DNA of 64,000 nt. It comes from Octopus vulgaris (taxonomy: Eukaryota). The stretch covers positions 93,558,001-93,622,000 of the forward strand of contig OX597814.1 of assembly GCA_951406725.2 (NCBI GenBank). Direction: 5' to 3'. A program made the position numbers and the translations under genes. This document shows positions 12,699 through 25,959 of the stretch, piece by piece. The notes beneath the pieces are model-generated. The model did no database searches. It was given only the letters and a program-made list of their open reading frames with translations, and was not told the origin of the DNA. Each line of letters starts with the position of its first letter. The stretch's first letter is position 1.

Positions 12699-14004
12699 TT
12701 ATGCTATCGACATCAAAGAAAGAAGTATAAAATCCAAATATAAAGGACTATAGCTAAATACTATCAGACATTTCGTCCGGTGCTGTACCGTCTTTGCCAT
12801 TTACTTAGAATCTTAACACTGATATCAAAGAAAGAAAAGAACACAACAAGGTACTATATTTTCAAATTGGCATTCATATCATTTTTTTTTGTCACTTCAA
12901 CAAATTTAAGCAACTATTTAATCAATTAAATAGATTAAAAGATTGATTGATTTGTTGTTCAGTCAATCAATCAGCCAGGTTTGTCAGAGTCCTTCTGTTG
13001 CTATTCGTGACCTGATCAATGACATGCCTTCACTACTCCAAATATGTTTCAAGTTCATTGGTTAAATCATTAACCGACTGATAAATTGAAATAAAATAAG
13101 TGAACTAGATTAAGTGATTCCCACTGAGATATCACAAAAAATGTTTCAGCACGCGAATTCACATTAAGAATCTTGCAAGCCAAATACCAAAACGAAACAC
13201 TTCGTTATTGCTGTTACTGTTGACAGTATTTTAGATCTAAATTATGTTCCCTCGATCTTAAACTTCATCATAGTTCTGGTGGCGTTAAGTTAATAATCAG
13301 ATCACTCTGGCACTATAAATGACTACTATTACTATCACATACACGTATTTAAACTTGAGCTATAGATTTAGAATTGGTTTCCTATAGCTTAGCTCTTCTT
13401 TTAGACATTGTTATTATGCAGATTAACTAAAACCAAAACTTGCGCTGGAAATAAATAAAACGTGCTTTTGCTACTTCAGGTTGAAGGAAGTTTTCAACTA
13501 CATCGTGACGGAACCGCATTTTCCTTTTGACCCGCGCTAGGCGAGCATAATGCTAGATATACTCCCGCTCGGATAGGTTGTATAAACGTGCTTCCTTGCT
13601 CTTATAAATCTGACATGCTGTTTCTGTTCACGGATAACTGCTTTTGTCTTAAGGCGTTTTAATTTCTGCATTTATGCTGTCTTGGCATGAGACAAATTCT
13701 TATTTTTTCGACAGTAATTGTTTTAGTAGTCGTCAGAAAAACTGAAGTGAAGTAACTGAATGGGTAAGATATTACACTTTTATTCTCGAATGTGTATTGA
13801 GAACAAACTCTCTCTGTATGTAGTGAATAATTTTATACGATATATCTCACAAGATTTTGAAATAAGTTTACTATTTAATTTGTCTTTTTATATGCATGTT
13901 ATTGGTACGTTTTACAATAATCTTTACAAGTGTGCTCTATGCAAGGTATGTCACCACAACCTGAGTTTGTAACTGAGTTTGTAAGTTTGTAATGTGTATT
14001 TATA

Positions 14005-14340
14005 ATTTTACATACTTTAGTCATTGGACTGTGGCCATGCTGGAGCACCGCTTGAAGTGTTTAGTCTATCAAATCCACCTCGCTACTTATTCTATTGGTT
14101 TATTTTTTTTCCGAACTTCTAGGCTATAGTGACGTAAACGAACCAACATCATTACAAAGCGGTGAGGCATAAACACACACACGCGTGTGCGCCCGGGGGG
14201 AGGCTTCCGTGTGAACAGTTTTCTTCTGCCAGTTTCACTCACAAGGCATTTGTTAGCTTGGGAATACAGTAAGTGGAAGACACAATGAGAGTGAATACAA
14301 AACGCCGCCGCAGTGTAGTCAATTTGGTAATCGTATGATG
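14005..14340 (-). mobile_element. SINE family B, diverged copy
   Basis: AGTCATTGGACTGTGGCCATGCTGGAGCACCGC and CACTCACAAGGCATT match the copies at 22897 and 30823. Confidence 0.8.
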
Positions 14341-14357
14341 CCTGTAGCTATCATATA

Positions 14358-14640
14358 TATTTATTTCTTTATTGCTAAACTTAGAGGGGACAAACAAGGA
14401 CGTTCGAAGGATTTAATTCGATTACATCGACCCAAGTGCGCAACTGGTACTTATTTAATCGACTCCGAAAGGATGAAAGGCTAAGTCGACCTCGGCGGAA
14501 TCTGAACTCAGAACGCAGCGGCGGGCGAAATACCTATTTCTTTACTACCCACAAGGGGCTAAACACATAGAGGATAAACAAGGACAGACAAACGGATTAA
14601 GTCGATTATATCGACCCCAGTGCGTAACTGGCACTTATGT
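14358..14640 (-). mobile_element. SINE family A, tandem two-unit copy (5'-truncated)
   Basis: Two consecutive body+long-tail units joined by AAAGAAATAGGTATTTCG (minus strand). Confidence 0.9.
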
Positions 14641-15469
14641 AAGCTAAAAAATTATCTGTAATATTTAAAAGTAAGCAAGCTTTCATGGAACACTATGGTG
14701 ACTTACAGAAAGTATTTTAAAATTGTAAGATATTCTTTTACTGGTTTAAATTGCAGAGCTTATGACTATGCGTGTGCTCTGACTTCAAAGTATTTTGTTC
14801 AATTAAATCGACTCAGTGTATTTTCTCTGGTAAGTAATTTTTAACGATATCTAAGTCGATCTGGCATACGTTTCCCACATGGAAACTAACACTTAAGGCT
14901 ACTTTTGTTCAACGTACCAATATCGGTCTTGGAAACTGACATACATGTACATACATACACACATATATATAAGAATGTGTGTGTGTATGTGTATGAAAGT
15001 GTGTGTGTTGTGTGTTTGTGTGAAGAAATGTATACGTGTGTAGGAGTGTATGCGTGTCTGACCTTGCATACAGTTTCTGGTTTCCAACTATGATTTGGTC
15101 TACCATAGACTATAATCGTACATTTGCAGAAAGTGCTGTGGAAGTAAGATCGAACCCGAAATTGTATAGGTGTGAACCAGACTTCTCAACCACACCTTCA
15201 TATGTAAAGATAAAAGAGTTTTTTTTATTTGTTACAAAGTTTGTTATTCTTCCTTTAATCTTACCTTGCTTTGCCTTTGGCCCTTAAATCCTTGATGGGG
15301 TCTTAGGGATACCGTTGTGACATATGGCGTGCCGAGTATTTGTAGAATTGACAGGACTCATTACCCTCCAGGTCTGACTACAGCCAATTTTTCTCAGAAA
15401 AGGGGAGAGACAATCAGACAGGCAGAAAGAAAGAAGGGGTAAGGAAACAAGAAATATCTACCCTAGCGC

Positions 15470-15615
15470 GGAACTGTACTTTACTTATCGACTCCGAAAT
15501 TTGTGAAGCCGAAGTTGATTTCGGTGGGATTTGAACTCAGAGTGTGGAGAGCTGTAACTATTACCATAATGCAATCTATCAGACACGCTAACGGCTCTGC
15601 TAATTGACCTCTTCA
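15470..15615 (-). mobile_element. SINE family A, diverged copy
   Basis: GGGATTTGAACTCAG and GCTAACGGCTCTGC motifs. Confidence 0.65.
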
Positions 15616-16383
15616 TACTTTCTGTTTTCCGTTGTCCAATTGCACTACTTTCTAATTAATTTAGTGAGGAATGTGCAAATTTGGGTGTGGGAGTACTGAA
15701 CCTGTAACTGACATTTTTCTCTTGGCACAAAAATTATCAATTCAATTACTTCCAAATTTTTTTCTTTGAGTGATTGATAGCCTATTAATAGTTCCACCAT
15801 GAAAATAAATAAATAAATAAATAAATACGATTAATATATTTATGATTAGAGATATCAGTTAAAATAGCATAGGTTAAAATGATGATAAATCATAATCTCG
15901 CAATACAATAAAGAAAAAAAAAAATGTTTTATCGACAGATTTTATTGAAATATTTTTTTTTACTGTTGTATATTAGCATTCATTTCATAAACTGATTGAT
16001 TTAGCTCTATGAACATATGCCAATGTTATGTTCTGGAAAAAAGAAAAAATCGCTAGTCTAACAGGAATAGCAGCTATTAAATATGAAATTTATGTGATGG
16101 GTCTTTCTCACATATGATTGCTTCTCTATGTTTTATCTTTGTGAAAAAATGGTTGAGAATTTGTTTCCCTGTTCGTCATATATAGAACAATAATATATTG
16201 TCAGTTCTGACAACACAATCTAGCTCTTTAATGTTTTTGAGAGAGTCCTCTCTGTTGCAATTATTCGGATTAAGTCTCCAGTTTGAGGACAGCAAACGAA
16301 TTGCAAATTACTCCTCCCCCACCCACGAATCTTGGAATTCTAAAATAATGCTGTCAGTGCTGCCTTCCTTCTCATAGTACTGG

Positions 16384-16780
16384 ATATTAATAGTTATCGC
16401 CAAGCTATCCAGAAATATAGGACGAATGCTGCTGTTGATTAGCTCCAAGAGGCCATCGCCTCTAGCTTATATGTGACACACGAACCTGTGTCCATTATAA
16501 CCTTCGACTACCGCTGCCGTAGTCCACTAAATTTAGGTAAACAATCCTTCGAACAGACGGTCAGTAGCGACGCCTACTGGGTTCGAGTACTCTGCATTGA
16601 TAAGAGGCAATACCCCGAAACTAGGCCAGCAAGGGGAAGCGGCTGACCTCCCCTGTTCGAAGGTTATAATGGACACATGTTCGTGTGTCACATAGCAAGC
16701 TAGAGGCGATGGCCTCTTGGAGCTAAACAACGACAGAATTCGTCCTATATTTCTGGACTGCCATAGCTTCGCGATAACTA

Positions 16781-16787
<7 letters not shown>
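16384..16787. mobile_element. MITE/foldback element with about 125-bp terminal inverted repeats
   Basis: 16384-16507 (ATATTAATAGTTATCGC..CCATTATAACCTTCGA) is the imperfect reverse complement of 16657-16787; right end abuts (TA)n. Confidence 0.9.
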
Positions 16788-16817
<30 letters not shown>

Positions 16818-16819
<2 letters not shown>

Positions 16820-17032
16820 AAATTGTAACTAGACGTGGACTGTTGACGATTTTTTCCTCCTTCGTCATTTTCTTTGGGACTTTCCTATCTCCTGTTTCCG
16901 AAGAAGAGGTATGCTCAAAACGTAAAGCACCTACTCTTTCTTTCCTTCTGGCAGCATCTCATTAATACTTTGCATGTATTACGTCCTCGCGTTGTTGCTT
17001 TTTTCTTGTCCTTTTTCTCCGTTTTTTTTATG
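16818..17032 (+). mobile_element. Short HHR-bearing repeat (H1-related), decayed
   Basis: GTTT-CCGAAGA-A-GAG-GTAT-GCTC-AAA-ACGT-A-AAGC at 16894-16928; flanked by (TA)n. Confidence 0.6.
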
Positions 17033-17044
17033 ATATATATATAT

Positions 17045-17256
17045 AGGGAGAGTCTACGAAAAAAACAAAAGACGAAGACAGGTGGTGTACAAAACAAACA
17101 GATGTATTAGTATAACGCTCAGGAATAGAAAAAGTCTTTTACGTTTCGAGCCTACGCTCTTCTACAAAAAGAGACACAGAAAAAACAGGGAGAGAAACAA
17201 GGAGAGAAAAAAGGAGAGAAAAAATGTGTGTAGTGGCTAACGATCTATCATGGCGA
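17045..17256 (-). mobile_element. Short HHR-bearing repeat (family H1)
   Basis: Minus strand TCTTT-TTGTAGA-A-GAGC-GTAG-GCTC-GAA-ACGT-A-AAAGA, then GAGCGTTATACTAATAC; (TA)n on both sides. Confidence 0.75.
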
Positions 17257-17751
17257 CTATATATATATATATGCTTATATATATATATATATAAGAAGTT
17301 TCCAGTTTGAATTAATTTTAAACACGTAGTATTATTCTCTATATCTTGGCATCAATCGCACTAACATCCTATGATATTTTGTGTCTATTTCATTTTCTCT
17401 TTCGCTATGTTTGTGCATTCACATTTAGTCATTCACGGTTAGGTGATACTTGTTTTTACAACTTTTTCGTTTGTTGATGAACTGCTTACATGAAACGATT
17501 GTAGCTTAGGAGTTCAAATGTTTTTTATCGAAGATAACCAAATATAAAAAAAAAGTTGTTCTTGTTTTTCGAAAAATAACCAAAACAAAAAAATAAACGA
17601 ATACAAAAACAAACAAAAATGACTTTTTCTTTTCTTGAATGTTATTTTAGTATTAAGTTTATGATCTAGCTTTATTCAACATGTCGTATACCGGACGATC
17701 TATACGAAACGAAATCAGACACCCGAGAAGGAAAATGCATTAGAAATACTC

Positions 17752-17817
<66 letters not shown>

Positions 17818-18712
17818 ATATATATATAGCAACATATTTTGTTTTCTGTCAGATATTCTCAGCTATGATACTTTTTTTATATAAAACAAATAAAAAATTC
17901 ATACTGGTCGCATTCTTTCATTCGTTTGCTAGTTTAATTATCTCTTTGTCGCCATGCTGCAGCAAGGTATTCATGTGTCTCTCTGAATGGTATTTTCCTC
18001 AGTAATTATTTCCCTCTGGTACTATATTATCGATACCTATTTATTGAAATGTTAAGTTATATTTTACATTTAAGTAAAGGGAGGCGATAGGACGAATTAC
18101 TTTATAACAGTACACGCACACACATACACACATACACAAACACACACACACATATACCACACGCACACCACAATTATCACTTCTACCACAAACACCAATA
18201 CCACTATGATCATTATCACCATCATTACTTCCAACACCATCAAGTCCGGCATAGGTACGACTATCACAGTTATCCCCACAACATGCACCACCAACACAAG
18301 CAACAACATCATTATCAGCAACCACCATCAACAACAACACCAGCACCAGTACTACTGGTACGAATACCAACCTTACCGCCAATTAAAGGAATCGTTACGC
18401 AGTTACCCTATTAGGAACACCACGTAAATCTCCCTCATAACACATCGTCCTGTCTTAAATGGAATAGTGGAATGTAGTCTCTGATATACCGTAAAAGGAA
18501 ATGGTCACGGCTGGGATGCTGGAAGAAATTATCGTTTTTTTTTTTAAACAACGGAAAGAAATAAAATATTGTATCTCGATATACAACTGTGGACTGGGTA
18601 ACGAATTTTCAAATAGAGCAAGCTAAGATTGTTGATTCCTCAGATGATGCAAGCAGAGGGATGTGCTGAAGACGACATTTCCTTGGGTGGAAATTCTGGG
18701 GCGGTGAAATTT

Positions 18713-18801
<89 letters not shown>

Positions 18802-20974
18802 CGTGTGTGTGCGCGTGTGTGTGTATATGTATATACATATATTGATATTGCAAGTGAAAGGGTAACTCTCACTAAATCGAATAGAGAAAAAGGTCGCAAT
18901 TTTGTTTTAGACCGAAAGCTTTTATGTAACATATATTGTATGTTGTTTTGTGTACAAATAGTAATACATACATGTATACATACATACATACACATAGGTG
19001 TGTGTATGTATGTGTGTGAATATTTATGTATCTACTTCTATAATGTGTATGATCATTTTCATATATATTCTCTTTTATTATTTTTTTAGATAAAATTAAC
19101 CAAATCAAAGATACCGAGCAAACAGGATGATTTAACAAGGTAATAGACGTTACACTTCTTTCATTGATGATTTTGACTAGCCTCTGTAGAACATAAAATT
19201 TCAGTTATTGGTTAGATATAATTATATACTTCAAAGTACTAAAACGTGCATTTTAACTCATCTCTGTAAATTGGTAAAAAAAGGCGAAGATAGCTAAAAA
19301 AAAAAGGTAAAAAATAATATCAAACGAAAATCAAAACATCAAATAAATGGAACAGACGCATCACCATCATATTTTCCTTATTATCATCGTAGGTAATAAT
19401 AATAATTTATGACATAGACTCAGGGCCATAAATATAGGGGAGGGGGAACGGGCTTTTATATTGACACCAGTATCTGATAAATATTTTCTTTTATTGGCCA
19501 CAAAGAAATGAAAGACACCACTGAATTCAGTAGGATTTGAACTCATAACAATTGAAATTACAACACCTCTTCTTATAAATCACTTGTGTATGTCTCCTTT
19601 CAAAGTTAAAAGACGATATTGCTTCTCTCATGCCATAATAAAGTAATGTATCTATTTAGTTAATCTCCACTTTTATTTTGAAACGAACTTTTCGTTTTCG
19701 CTAAACGTGTAAATTGTACTAGACAAATTCCTCGAAAGATGCCGGAACCGCTACACCTTTCTATCTTCGGTGTTAACTTTAACAGAGTCGTAAGATGAAC
19801 CTGATGCATGTTCTGCACAGACCAACGGAGAAACCTGTAACCAATCGAATAAGCTACGTGAGAACACAACCAAATCTCTATCATACTGCACCCTACAGTA
19901 ACCGTTACAATCTGCATAGAAAATACCATGGGTTCGTGAACCAAAATAACATTTTTTTTAGTAGATGAACCTTTCAAGAGCTTGGAATCTGCAGAAAAAT
20001 GAATTTATAGAAAAGGGAACATGGTGGTGAAAATAGTGGAAACCTGTACATTGAAGTCTCAAAAAAAATAAAAAATAAAAAAATAAAAAAACAGCAGTGA
20101 CATTTTTCCAACTCTAAAAGCAATGACATTTTTCCAACTTTAAATCTCCATGTGGTTGAAGATAAACACAGTGTGTTTAACATAATTGCTGACGTGTTTC
20201 CATTGCCTTTGAGACGTTGGAAGGCGAAGAAAAATGTCGGTAGCTTGGCAGAGTCACAGAAGTCGTCGGAGATGGAACATACAGTTAGACTTTTTTAAAA
20301 TGTTTGAGAATAAATCTCTATGAAGAGAAAAACTGAGATATTTGGCAATGATAGTTTAGTTTGAGACTAATGGAAGTACATTGAGACTAATGGAAGTACA
20401 TTATCAGAGATGATGTCCGTATTAATTTTAACAGTTAAGAGGTGTTTCTGTACTTTGCATGTATTGGCATTGCTGTTGCTATTGGGCTCATGGCCAGTCT
20501 CTGGTTGCGCAGACGGAGTTCCAGCCGTAGCTATCCTCTTTTTATCATCAGGAGCCGCACCGTGCAATAATCCAATAGTGTAATTTGAGAGAGATTTGAC
20601 ATATATTTCAAGCAATCTCTTAGATCCTTCCTCCCTGTGTATGTGGCAATGAGACTGATGGAGAATTAAAATTTTTGTGGAGTTTTGTGTATATTATGTA
20701 GTTGAGTGCAAAGCGAGCAACAAATGTAGCGATTTTCTGTACTTCCGGAATGATCATTGTACGCTATTAGCGCAACGTCTTTTCCGCAAAATGACATCAT
20801 TGTAGTTGTTTTAAAGCATAAATTAAATTTTATTCAACGTTCTTTAGATCATGTAGGAGAGATTATTTGCGACCATTGTTTAACGTGTCATATAGGCATA
20901 ATTAATCCAAATGTAATTACTGCTGTAAGAACATAACGTCAATGGATTGCTATAAATACCATTGCAAACTTGTA

Positions 20975-21180
20975 AGAAAGCTATGTGGTCGTTTAACCTG
21001 CTAATAATAGAAACCAAAATCTCCCTTGTGATACTAATACTCCCTTGAAATGGGAGGTGCACATTGAATAATATAGCTCTAGATATGCAATACCCAAGAG
21101 ATGAATGAAAATGATGGTGTTGCTAATAACTGGAGTTCATAGCACTGCTGAGTCAGATATCGATTGGGAGCTAAATAATA
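20975..21180 (+). mobile_element. Interspersed repeat family E (CAA/TAA-tailed)
   Basis: TGGTCGTTTAACCTGCTAATAATAG..CCAAAATCTCCC..GGGAGCTAAATAATA; related copies at about 43125-43295 (+), 47150-47345 (+), 43750-43955 (-), 46805-47000 (-), 38395-38470, 30560-30640 and 4990-5075. Confidence 0.65.
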
Positions 21181-21204
21181 ATGATGATGATGATGATGAC
21201 AAAG

Positions 21205-21395
21205 TTCTTTCAAATTTTGGCACTACGCCAGCGATTTTGAGGAGAAGGTAAAGAGCTGATTACATAGATTCCACAACTTCCCTGCTTCTTTATTTTATCA
21301 ATTCCGAAAGAATGAAAGCAAAGCTGGCCTCGACAGAGTTTGAATTCGGAACGTAAAGAACCGGAAGAAATGCTGTTATGCATTTTGTCCAACGC
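21205..21395 (-). mobile_element. SINE family A (short-tail), 5'-truncated
   Basis: TTCAAATTTTGGCAC..CCGAAAGAATGAAAG..TTTGAATTCGGAACGTAAAG. Confidence 0.75.
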
Positions 21396-21429
21396 TCAAA
21401 ATATTATGTTAGTACATGGCTTCAAATTT

Positions 21430-21592
21430 TGATGATGATGACGTAGACAACAATGATGACAACGATGATAATGATAACGATGATAAAGTTGACGACGATG
21501 ATGGTGATGATGATGATGATGACGACGACGATGATGATGATGACGACGACGACGACGATGGCAACAATGACGATAATGATGACGATGATGAA
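21430..21592. repeat. (GAT/GAC)n trinucleotide low-complexity repeat
   Basis: Directly visible; similar tract at 22368-22450. Confidence 0.95.
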
Positions 21593-22372
21593 TGAAACAA
21601 TTGATGGTGATGAAAACAGTTAATTATACAAGAATCCCATTGCAATTATCCAAGAGTCCCACTGCGGGGAGTTGCAACTAACCGTCTGGAAGAAAAGGTG
21701 AATATGGTCGTTAGGGAGTAAAATATTTTCTCTCCCCGAAGAATAAGAAGGAAAAGGCTAATTTTTAGGGGTATACCTAAAGCAAGGTTATGCTTGTGTT
21801 ATTGTCAAGAAGAGTCATTACAAATAAAAGTGAAAATCCAAGTTTTTTAATTACATATTGTCGAAGATCATGTTTCCTTGTTATGAACAATGCATGTGTA
21901 TTCGTACGAATGACAGAACCACGTTTATCATGTACTGACTGGAGAATATTTACTTTTCCTAGTATCTACTGCGTGAGGACAGTCAATGGTTAGATACGAA
22001 CTTTTAACGTCTCAGCCAGTGGTTGCTATTCTGTCGTCTCCCATCATCTACGGCACGTAGGTAGTCGACTGAACGAACAGGCGCGATTTCGCAGAACGGT
22101 TGTTCGAAATACACAATGACAGTAATCTAATATTCTAGACACCTTGGCACCAGCTGCTGCTTCTGATCATTTTGCTTATTTCATTACTAACAAGAGTATC
22201 TACAAAATGGCGTGTGCTAGCGACTACACACACACACATACACACACATACACACACACACGCACACACACACAGAGCACAACTATCACAAATGTACATA
22301 AGCGCACAGTTTCACACAAAGACGTGTATTATATGTGTTCGAGTGTGTGTGTGTATATATATATATATGATA

Positions 22373-22407
<35 letters not shown>

Positions 22408-22896
22408 AATGATGATGAAGATGAGGATAATGGTGATTGTGGTGGTGGTAGTGATAAAAGTTATTTATTCGCATAACCTCACGCGTACGCAAACTTACGT
22501 AAGAATCGTAGAAATTTCGAGAGATATAATTTGATTTCAGCAGTGAAACTTGATGTAGATAGAGTTTTAAGTAATAGCATATAGAGTATATGCAAGTATG
22601 TGCATGTTAAGATCATCAGAAGCTTAGGTGGTTCAGTGACTCTGAAAGCGAAACCGCCGTTAGACGAGTACTCCTATTAGGTTCAACTACTACAATCAGA
22701 ATGAAGAATGAACTTAGATTAAACACAACCGAGTAACTTAACCTTCTAAATCCCGCTCTGGTACAAGCTGATAAACTCAACAAAAATCGTTGATCAAAAA
22801 ATTGTTAGAAGTAGTGGAGGAAGGCAACGCCACCCGGACAAGCTGATAAGGTTCCACTGGAGATTACGAGCGAATCAGTGACAATACGCTGAAATT

Positions 22897-23265
22897 GTAG
22901 GAGTGGATGTGTGGTAAGTAGCTTGCTCACCAACCACATGGTTCCGAGTTCAGTCCCACTGCATGGTACCTTGAGCAACTGTCTTCTACTATAGCCTCGA
23001 GCCGACCAAAGCCTTGTGAGTGGATTTGGTAGATGGAAACTGAAAGAAGCCCGTCGTATATATGTGTGTGTGTGTATATGTTTGTGTGTCTGTGTTTATC
23101 CCCCCAACATCGATGCTGATGTGTTTAGGTCCTCGTAACTAAGCGGTTCCGCAAAAACCCCTCGATGGAATAAGTCCAGGGGTCGATTTGCTCGACTAAA
23201 GGCGGTGCTCCAGTATGGCCACAGTCAAATGACTGAAAAAAGTAAAAGAGTAAAGAGTAAAGAGT
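22897..23265 (+). mobile_element. tRNA-derived SINE family B, near full length
   Basis: tRNA-like head GGAGTGGATGTGTGGTAAG..GAGTTCAGTCCC, CORE-like GGTACCTTGAGCAACTGTCTT, internal (TG)n, tail (AAAGAGT)n. Confidence 0.9.
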
Positions 23266-23509
23266 TCAGCTACAGTGTAATGGTCACTCGCTGGCAAGTT
23301 AAAATCCACTTTCAGTAAATTCATGACATTCATATTCCTTTATGTTGATATTGCCTTCAACAGGGAAAAATTGGTATTGTTGAACAGGAGATACAGCTCA
23401 CTGCAATAACGATGACGACAAGGATGACGATGTATCTTTTATCTTTTACTTGCTTCTGTCATTGGAGTGCAGTCTTGCTAGGGTAACGCCTTAAAGTGTT
23501 TGAACTGAA

Positions 23510-23929
23510 ACCAAAAGAAAATAAAGACAAATGAGAAGTGACAAATGTCACCAAGTATTATATTAGTTTAACGACTAGAGAAGAATGTCTGAACGTTTCG
23601 GAACGCTAGTCCTTCATTAAGAGAAAATATAAAAGAAAAGTAAGAATGAAAGAGGAAAAGTGGTGAGAAAAAAGGGGAAAAACTTAAAAGGCGTGGGGGA
23701 AGTGTTATTAGCTAAATTGGAAATAGGTTCTATGGAAGAAAAATGTGATTGTGTGTGCATCTGCAGGAGTGTATCCGTTGTCTTTTTTGATAAATACCTT
23801 TAATGAATGTGTATTTTTTTGGTGTGTATGGTATTATGGTATGTATTAGTGCGTAATAGTTTGCAAGTACGGAAGGTTCAGGGCATGGGTTAGACGGGGT
23901 GAGGGATGTTGGTGTGTGCTTATAATCGT

Positions 23930-23972
<43 letters not shown>

Positions 23973-24065
23973 TTTGTGGGCGTGTTAGGAATTTGGAGAA
24001 GGTGCGCGATTTTAAGTAAAAGAAAAGGTGAGAGGAATATAACCTTTCCAATATATAAATGAGTG
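23510..24065 (-). mobile_element. HHR-bearing repeat with pyrimidine-rich leader (H1-related), decayed
   Basis: Minus strand TTAATGA-A-GGA-CTAGCGT-TCC-GAA-ACGT-T-CAGAC, followed by GTCGTTAAACTAATA. Confidence 0.55.
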
Positions 24066-25071
24066 TGTACATGTGTGCACGCGTGTGTACGTATCTCCGT
24101 TGTACGTGTGTTTGTGTGTACAAACATACGCTCCTGTGAATACAATATAATTTGGGCCAGTTACCTAATCAAATAGCAAGTGATGCAAATTGCTTTATCT
24201 TCTACTTAAACCTTCTAATCGCCAATCTATTTTCTCAAAACCTACATTTTTATTTCAAATATTATCATGACTATCCCACTGATATTGCTTTCTTTCTTTC
24301 TTTCTTTCTTTCCTTCTTTGTTTTTTTTTTTTCTTTCTTTCTTTCTTTCTTTCTTCTTCAATTCTCTGATTACTTAATACTTTAGTGTTTTGCTTTATCT
24401 CCCACTCCCGATCCTCCTCTTTCTCTCAGTCTCTCTCACCCTGTCTATCGTTTTACCCACCTACCTACCCAAAACCTACCTACCTACCTACCTGTTTGTC
24501 TGTCTGTCTGTCTGTCTGTCTACTTGTCCGTTTGCCCCCTCTTTCTCTGTCAATCTCTACCTGTATGTCTGCCTCTCTGTCTTTCTGCCCGTCCATCTGT
24601 CTGACATCATCCTTACACTTTTTTTCATTCATTAATTCTTCCTATCATCCTGTTTTTTCCCCCAAATTTCATGCTACTTTCTTTAACCTCATTTCCTCAT
24701 TATATTTTGGCATGTATTCTATACGAATAATAAACGTTTTTTTCTTAATTCATACAAGGAGCCATCTTTACATTTCGCTCTTTATTATTATAAATAATGA
24801 TTTCGAAGGCCAACACATTCCTTGTAATAATATGCAAAAAATTTTCTTAGTGCATACAATACTGTTACACCAGTGCCATTAACAGATTCACAACAACAAA
24901 AACAAGAATAATGGTATTCTCACTAGCTCTACTAAGTGCTCAAGAAACTCGAGGACGCAAAAGATATCGCATTAGATCCCGCTAAAATATAATTGGGGAG
25001 TGAGGAAAATAATGTGCAATTAAATTCTACAAAATTCATAATATTTAGTGTCACACTATATTATAGTGTGA

Positions 25072-25130
25072 CAGTGGTTCCCAATCTGGGACCCACGGAA
25101 CCTTGGTGGTCTGCAAAGGTAGTACTGGAA
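25072..25130 (+). mobile_element. hAT/Charlie-like MITE terminus
   Basis: CAGTGGTTCCCAATCTGGG.. typical terminus; partner end not found. A similar relic lies at about 27757-28010. Confidence 0.45.
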
Positions 25131-25168
25131 GTACACACACACACACACACATATATATATGTACATAA

Positions 25169-25280
<112 letters not shown>

Positions 25281-25505
25281 CACCTACACCCGCACATATA
25301 CAAACATATGCATATATCTTACACATCAAGGGGACGCGTGCATGAAAGTTGCACTTATGCACTAGACACAGTCTTACACTCATATGCATACATATAACAT
25401 GCATATATATACACATGCACACACATTTACATATAAATATATATATAATAAATATACATATACTCACACACGTAAACATTCACACAATTCAAAAGGAAAA
25501 AATGA

Positions 25506-25536
<31 letters not shown>

Positions 25537-25625
25537 GAAAAAAACCTTAAGACATATGGAAGGCTTGTGCAGGAACATACTAAAAATGCGGATTCTATCC
25601 GTGATCTTGGGTGGCCCAAAATCGT

Positions 25626-25880
25626 TAGAGGCATTTTGCCACATATGGACATTACCCCAAAAGTTCAGTTCTTGAATTTAGACATGTAACGAGATCCAAG
25701 GAACTTTTCCAGATGAGGCATCTTTTCATATTACAAAGACTGCACTTGCCATTACCGTTGGTATAAGGTTTATACTTGTCCAAAATATTCCAGTAAAACC
25801 TATAGCCGACACCTTGTCTTCTTTTCTTTTTTCTACCTATTTGGGTAACTTCTGTTTGTTGAACGGTTTTTTATAGCGTC
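25626..25880 (-). mobile_element. Penelope-like element GIY-YIG endonuclease C-terminal remnant
   Basis: Minus-strand KLPK*VEKRKDK/GVGYRFYWNILDKYKPYTNGNGKCSLCNMKRCLIWKSSLDLVTCLNSRTELLG*CPYVAKC matches the PLE pattern LSKxxWxLK..WxIL..PYxN..CxLCxxEK..LNxRxEL..C.H..K. Confidence 0.85.
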
Positions 25881-25881
25881 T

Positions 25882-25959
25882 GTTGCCATTAATAGCCGAT
25901 GAGAATGCATCGTAGCTCTTCGCTCCGACATTCGAAACTGCGAGCACTATAATGACAAC
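25882..25959 (+). ncRNA. Type I hammerhead ribozyme motif (two core substitutions) in an inverted pLTR
   Basis: ATAG-CCGATGA-GAATG..CATTC-GAAACTGCGAG-C-A-CTAT; stem I extends via CATT/AATG and GTTG/CAAC; U4>C and U16.1>C. Confidence 0.7.

Noticed and set aside
18041-18427. Val/Gly/Asp-rich and Thr/Ile-rich ORFs
   Set aside because: Derived from decayed CAC/CAA/CAT low-complexity sequence.
18665-18700. CTGAAGA here, CTGATGA at 28504 and CTGAAGA at 59672 as hammerhead cores
   Set aside because: No correctly spaced stem II-GAAA-stem III-UH; expected by chance or too truncated.
22000-22225. CpG-richer patch with CAAAATGGCG (YY1-like) as a promoter
   Set aside because: Single short motif, with no linked exon or TSS evidence.
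24385-24882. 165-aa Ser/Leu/Phe-rich ORF
   Set aside because: Pyrimidine-rich microsatellite mosaic; no credible coding signal.
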